A DNA stretch of 64,000 nucleotides from an uncultured Veillonellaceae bacterium (lineage in GTDB: Bacteria > Bacillota > Negativicutes > JARBTT01). Position 1 is the stretch's first letter; each line of letters starts with the position of its first letter. Shown here piece by piece: positions 61,555 through 64,000 of this stretch. The notes beneath the pieces were generated by a model. That model was not told the origin of the DNA, made no database searches, and saw only the letters and a program-made list of their open reading frames with translations. The stretch spans positions 226,805 to 290,804 of the forward strand of contig CAWDTA010000001.1 in assembly GCA_963805085.1 (NCBI GenBank), read 5' to 3'. Both the position numbers and the translations under genes were made by a program.

Positions 61555-63663
61555 TTATATTTTGAATCTAAAGATTGCGGATTGTAGCTCTTCTGATATT
61601 TTCGCTAAGGCTTGACTTGAAACAGCGATTTCCTGCATCGCTGCAGTCTGTTCCTTAGTTGCTGCAGATATAGTCTGGGTTTGTTTTGCTGTTATTTTGG
61701 TTTCTTTATCAATTTTCTGTACAGCATCTACCACGTGTTGACTTCCAGTTGTTATATCCTGAGTAGAAGTAGCTATTTCGTGTATTTGATTTGATATTTC
61801 TCTAATCATCTTGAGGATTTCACGAAAATTTTGGCCAGCTATATTTACAATTTCCGTACCTGCAATTACTTCATTTCGACCTTCATTCATAAAAGTGACT
61901 GCAGTATTGGTTTTTTTTTGAACTTCATCAATAAGCATAGCGATTTGTTTTGCAGAAATTTCTGATTGTTCTGCCAACTTTCGAACTTCATCAGCAACCA
62001 CAGAGAATCCTTTGCCAAAATCTCCTGCTCTTGCCGCTTCAATAGCCGCGTTTAATGCCAAAAGGTTTGTCTGTCCAGCGATAGCAGATATAGTTTCCAC
62101 TATTTGCCCAATTTGTGTTGATTTCTCATCTAATTCGTGAATTACATTTGCAATAGCTGCTGTTTTCTGCTCAATTATAACCATTTGATTCATTGCTTGT
62201 ACGACTGTTTGCTCACCATTGGTTGCTGCGGCTTCTGTTTTTTTCGTTGAATCTGTTGCTGTCATCGTGTTGTCGGAAACTTGATGCATTGTCTTCGATA
62301 TTTGTGCAATGATGTCTGTTGCAGATTCTACTAAATTAAGCTGCTTTTCTGCGCCCTGTGCTACCTCTGTAATGGAATCAGCCACTTGATTGGCTGATTG
62401 TGCAGAGTGTTCGGCACTGGCGTTCATCTCTTCAGAAGTGCTCGACATATGGTCAACAGTTTCACGTAAATTAGCAACTAGAGATCGCAAAGATTCGGTC
62501 ATATTGTTAAAAACAAGTCCAATGGTTTTTAACTCATCTGTAGTACCGATTTCAACCTGAGTATTTAATCTGCCATCGGCTACTAATGCAGCTACATCTT
62601 TAAAATTACTGATCACTTGTTTTATTGATAGGTGAAAAGCCTGTAAAAGATATATTACAAAAAGCAAAACTAGTAAAGATATAGCACTAACGATATTTCG
62701 CAAGAGTTCATTTTTTGTAATACGGTCTTCCAACATTTTATCAAGCGTTAAGATTCCTGTATCGTAAAATTTGTAGTTAGCTTCAATTCCTGCAGTAACA
62801 GCATTAAAATATTCAGTTGGTTTTATGGTAATCTCTTTAGCATTTATAATATTAGTATTCAATAAATCTAATACATTTTGAGTCAGTACAGTAGATTCTT
62901 GGCTATTTGCATTCAGAATATTTTTTAATTCGTTATTTTGTTGATAAACAAAACTGATTTTTTTACTCATATCTTGTAAAGATGCACTGAGGTTTTTTGA
63001 TAAAACAACTAACTCAATTTTTTCATCTACGGTAAGTGCTTTTTTTGCTGCTATGCCAGCACCTTTAGCTCTAACTTGTCCTAAAGATTCAATTTCGTTG
63101 AGAAGCTTATCCCCGATTGCAGTAATTAGAAAGTTAGTATCAGGTTTCGGGTCAAGAGACAAATTTGATTCTGTTGAAACCTGTTTGGTCAGATCAATTA
63201 ATTCAGCTATGAGTGCGGTATGACGAGTAAAACTATTCTTTGAACTTAGTGTAAATAAATCATTTTTTAAAGCGAGCCATTTTTTTGTTGCTGCATGCCA
63301 AGGTTCAGCTACTTTTAATGTAGGATTGGATTTTTGGTCCATTGCTTCAATTGCTTGAATATCTTTATTAATTTGATCTTCTTTAGCTAAAAGTTTTTCT
63401 TTAAATAATGGGTCTCCGTTTAAAAATGCACTAGACATGCCACGATGTTGTTGCGTATCATCAATCAATTGTTTCACTGCACTATTGTATTCAAGTCCGA
63501 TTCGTTCTCGCTGGGCGAAATCAATCTGGTGATTGATTTCGCCTACTAATAAATATAGAGTAATTGCCAGTGGCACCAAGCAAAATAACCCGACTAATAA
63601 AAATTTTTGCGAAAATTGTAGACGGTTCATCAATGAAACAGCAGGGTTAAACAATCGTCTCAT
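61555..63663 (-). CDS. Methyl-accepting chemotaxis protein with NIT-like (nitrate/nitrite-sensing type) periplasmic domain
   Basis: ATG at 63663 follows GGAGGT; the ORF track starts at 63678. The sensor contains [22 protein letters not shown], resembling the NIT-domain Q-x-E/H-R-G signature. HAMP and the conserved signalling hairpin [35 protein letters not shown] follow. Confidence 0.85.
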   Translation of the reverse strand: MRRLFNPAVSLMNRLQFSQKFLLVGLFCLVPLAITLYLLVGEINHQIDFAQRERIGLEYNSAVKQLIDDTQQHRGMSSAFLNGDPLFKEKLLAKEDQINKDIQAIEAMDQKSNPTLKVAEPWHAATKKWLALKNDLFTLSSKNSFTRHTALIAELIDLTKQVSTESNLSLDPKPDTNFLITAIGDKLLNEIESLGQVRAKGAGIAAKKALTVDEKIELVVLSKNLSASLQDMSKKISFVYQQNNELKNILNANSQESTVLTQNVLDLLNTNIINAKEITIKPTEYFNAVTAGIEANYKFYDTGILTLDKMLEDRITKNELLRNIVSAISLLVLLFVIYLLQAFHLSIKQVISNFKDVAALVADGRLNTQVEIGTTDELKTIGLVFNNMTESLRSLVANLRETVDHMSSTSEEMNASAEHSAQSANQVADSITEVAQGAEKQLNLVESATDIIAQISKTMHQVSDNTMTATDSTKKTEAAATNGEQTVVQAMNQMVIIEQKTAAIANVIHELDEKSTQIGQIVETISAIAGQTNLLALNAAIEAARAGDFGKGFSVVADEVRKLAEQSEISAKQIAMLIDEVQKKTNTAVTFMNEGRNEVIAGTEIVNIAGQNFREILKMIREISNQIHEIATSTQDITTGSQHVVDAVQKIDKETKITAKQTQTISAATKEQTAAMQEIAVSSQALAKISEELQSAIFRFKI

Positions 63664-63755
63664 ACTATATACCTCCATGATAAAATATATATGAACTCTT
63701 TAGTAAAAGCTTAAAACGGTAACATTCAAATTTTTAGCATCAATTTTTATAACAT

Positions 63756-63802
63756 AAATTTTGCAGGTAAACCTAGTTATATCAAGGTCACCTGCAAAAT
63801 TT
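63756..63802. repeat. 13-bp inverted repeat, possible terminator of the partial minus-strand gene
   Basis: AAATTTTGCAGGT ... ACCTGCAAAATTT. The U-tract is weak on either strand. Confidence 0.4.
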
Positions 63803-63861
63803 TGTGAGTGAGGTTTAAGTGGGTAATTGCCGCGATTGTTTGCTAATCAAAAAAAAAGGTA

Positions 63862-64000
63862 TTAGCATTTTACCTCGGCATTTTTTCGTGCGTAGTAATA
63901 ATAAGTTAAGAAAATAGTGATTATATAGTAAGCAATTAATAAATAAAAGGCAATGCTAACATCTTTGAAAGCACTATAAGACCAGCCAAAAATTTTAGGA
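63862..64000 (-). CDS. 3' end of an unidentified membrane protein gene (truncated by the window edge)
   Basis: The reverse strand reads ...PKIFGWSYSAFKDVSIAFYLLIAYYIITIFLTYYYYARKNAEVKC*, which is hydrophobic. There is no start within the window. Confidence 0.4.
   Translation of the reverse strand, partial: PKIFGWSYSAFKDVSIAFYLLIAYYIITIFLTYYYYARKNAEVKC

Overview
All calls were made by eye and all coordinates were hand-counted; no search or folding program was run.

This is a chromosomal window from a low-GC Firmicute (Bacillota). Several genes suggest a diderm, Negativicutes-type organism, though that is an inference: a lipid-A-type phosphoethanolamine transferase, a Tat-exported DmsABC-type molybdoenzyme, and a secreted protein with an OMP-like C-terminal Phe.

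Most of the window is housekeeping, on the + strand:
- purF (3' end), purM, purN, purH, purD
- a DUF456 membrane protein, an M16 peptidase and an M19 dipeptidase
- a TetR/HlyD-like pair
- yerC-like gene, hisZ and an HD-domain gene, then an antisense 2-hydroxyacid dehydrogenase, then hisGDCBHAF-IE plus a SagB-type nitroreductase
- a phosphoethanolamine transferase, copA-csoR, an asparaginase and a YibQ-type deacetylase
- two methyl-accepting chemotaxis proteins and ttcA on the minus strand
- a CBS-pyrophosphatase, pcrA, ligA, gatCAB and a mobA-mobB fusion
- a dmsABC-like operon with a TorD-type chaperone and an extra 4Fe-4S protein

I saw no CRISPR array, tRNA, rRNA, transposase or integrase.

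Two things stand out.

1. **Pel-type exopolysaccharide locus, 29.66-40.98 kb.** It has seven genes: an epimerase-PelD fusion, PelE-like, a DUF2194/PelA-type deacetylase, PelF, PelG, a novel coiled-coil plus beta-barrel outer-membrane candidate, and a stand-alone GH114-like hydrolase. A promoter, a c-di-GMP-I (GEMM-I) riboswitch and an overlapping intrinsic terminator sit in front of it. PelB and PelC are absent, so the OMP is a candidate new Pel exporter for a diderm Firmicute.

2. **Unclassified structured RNA element, about 185-190 nt, in two diverged copies.** One copy lies just upstream of ligA and the other just upstream of mobAB. The differences between them mostly preserve base pairing in a roughly 25-bp closing helix. 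Copy 1 is followed by a terminator hairpin, while copy 2 runs directly into the mobAB Shine-Dalgarno sequence.
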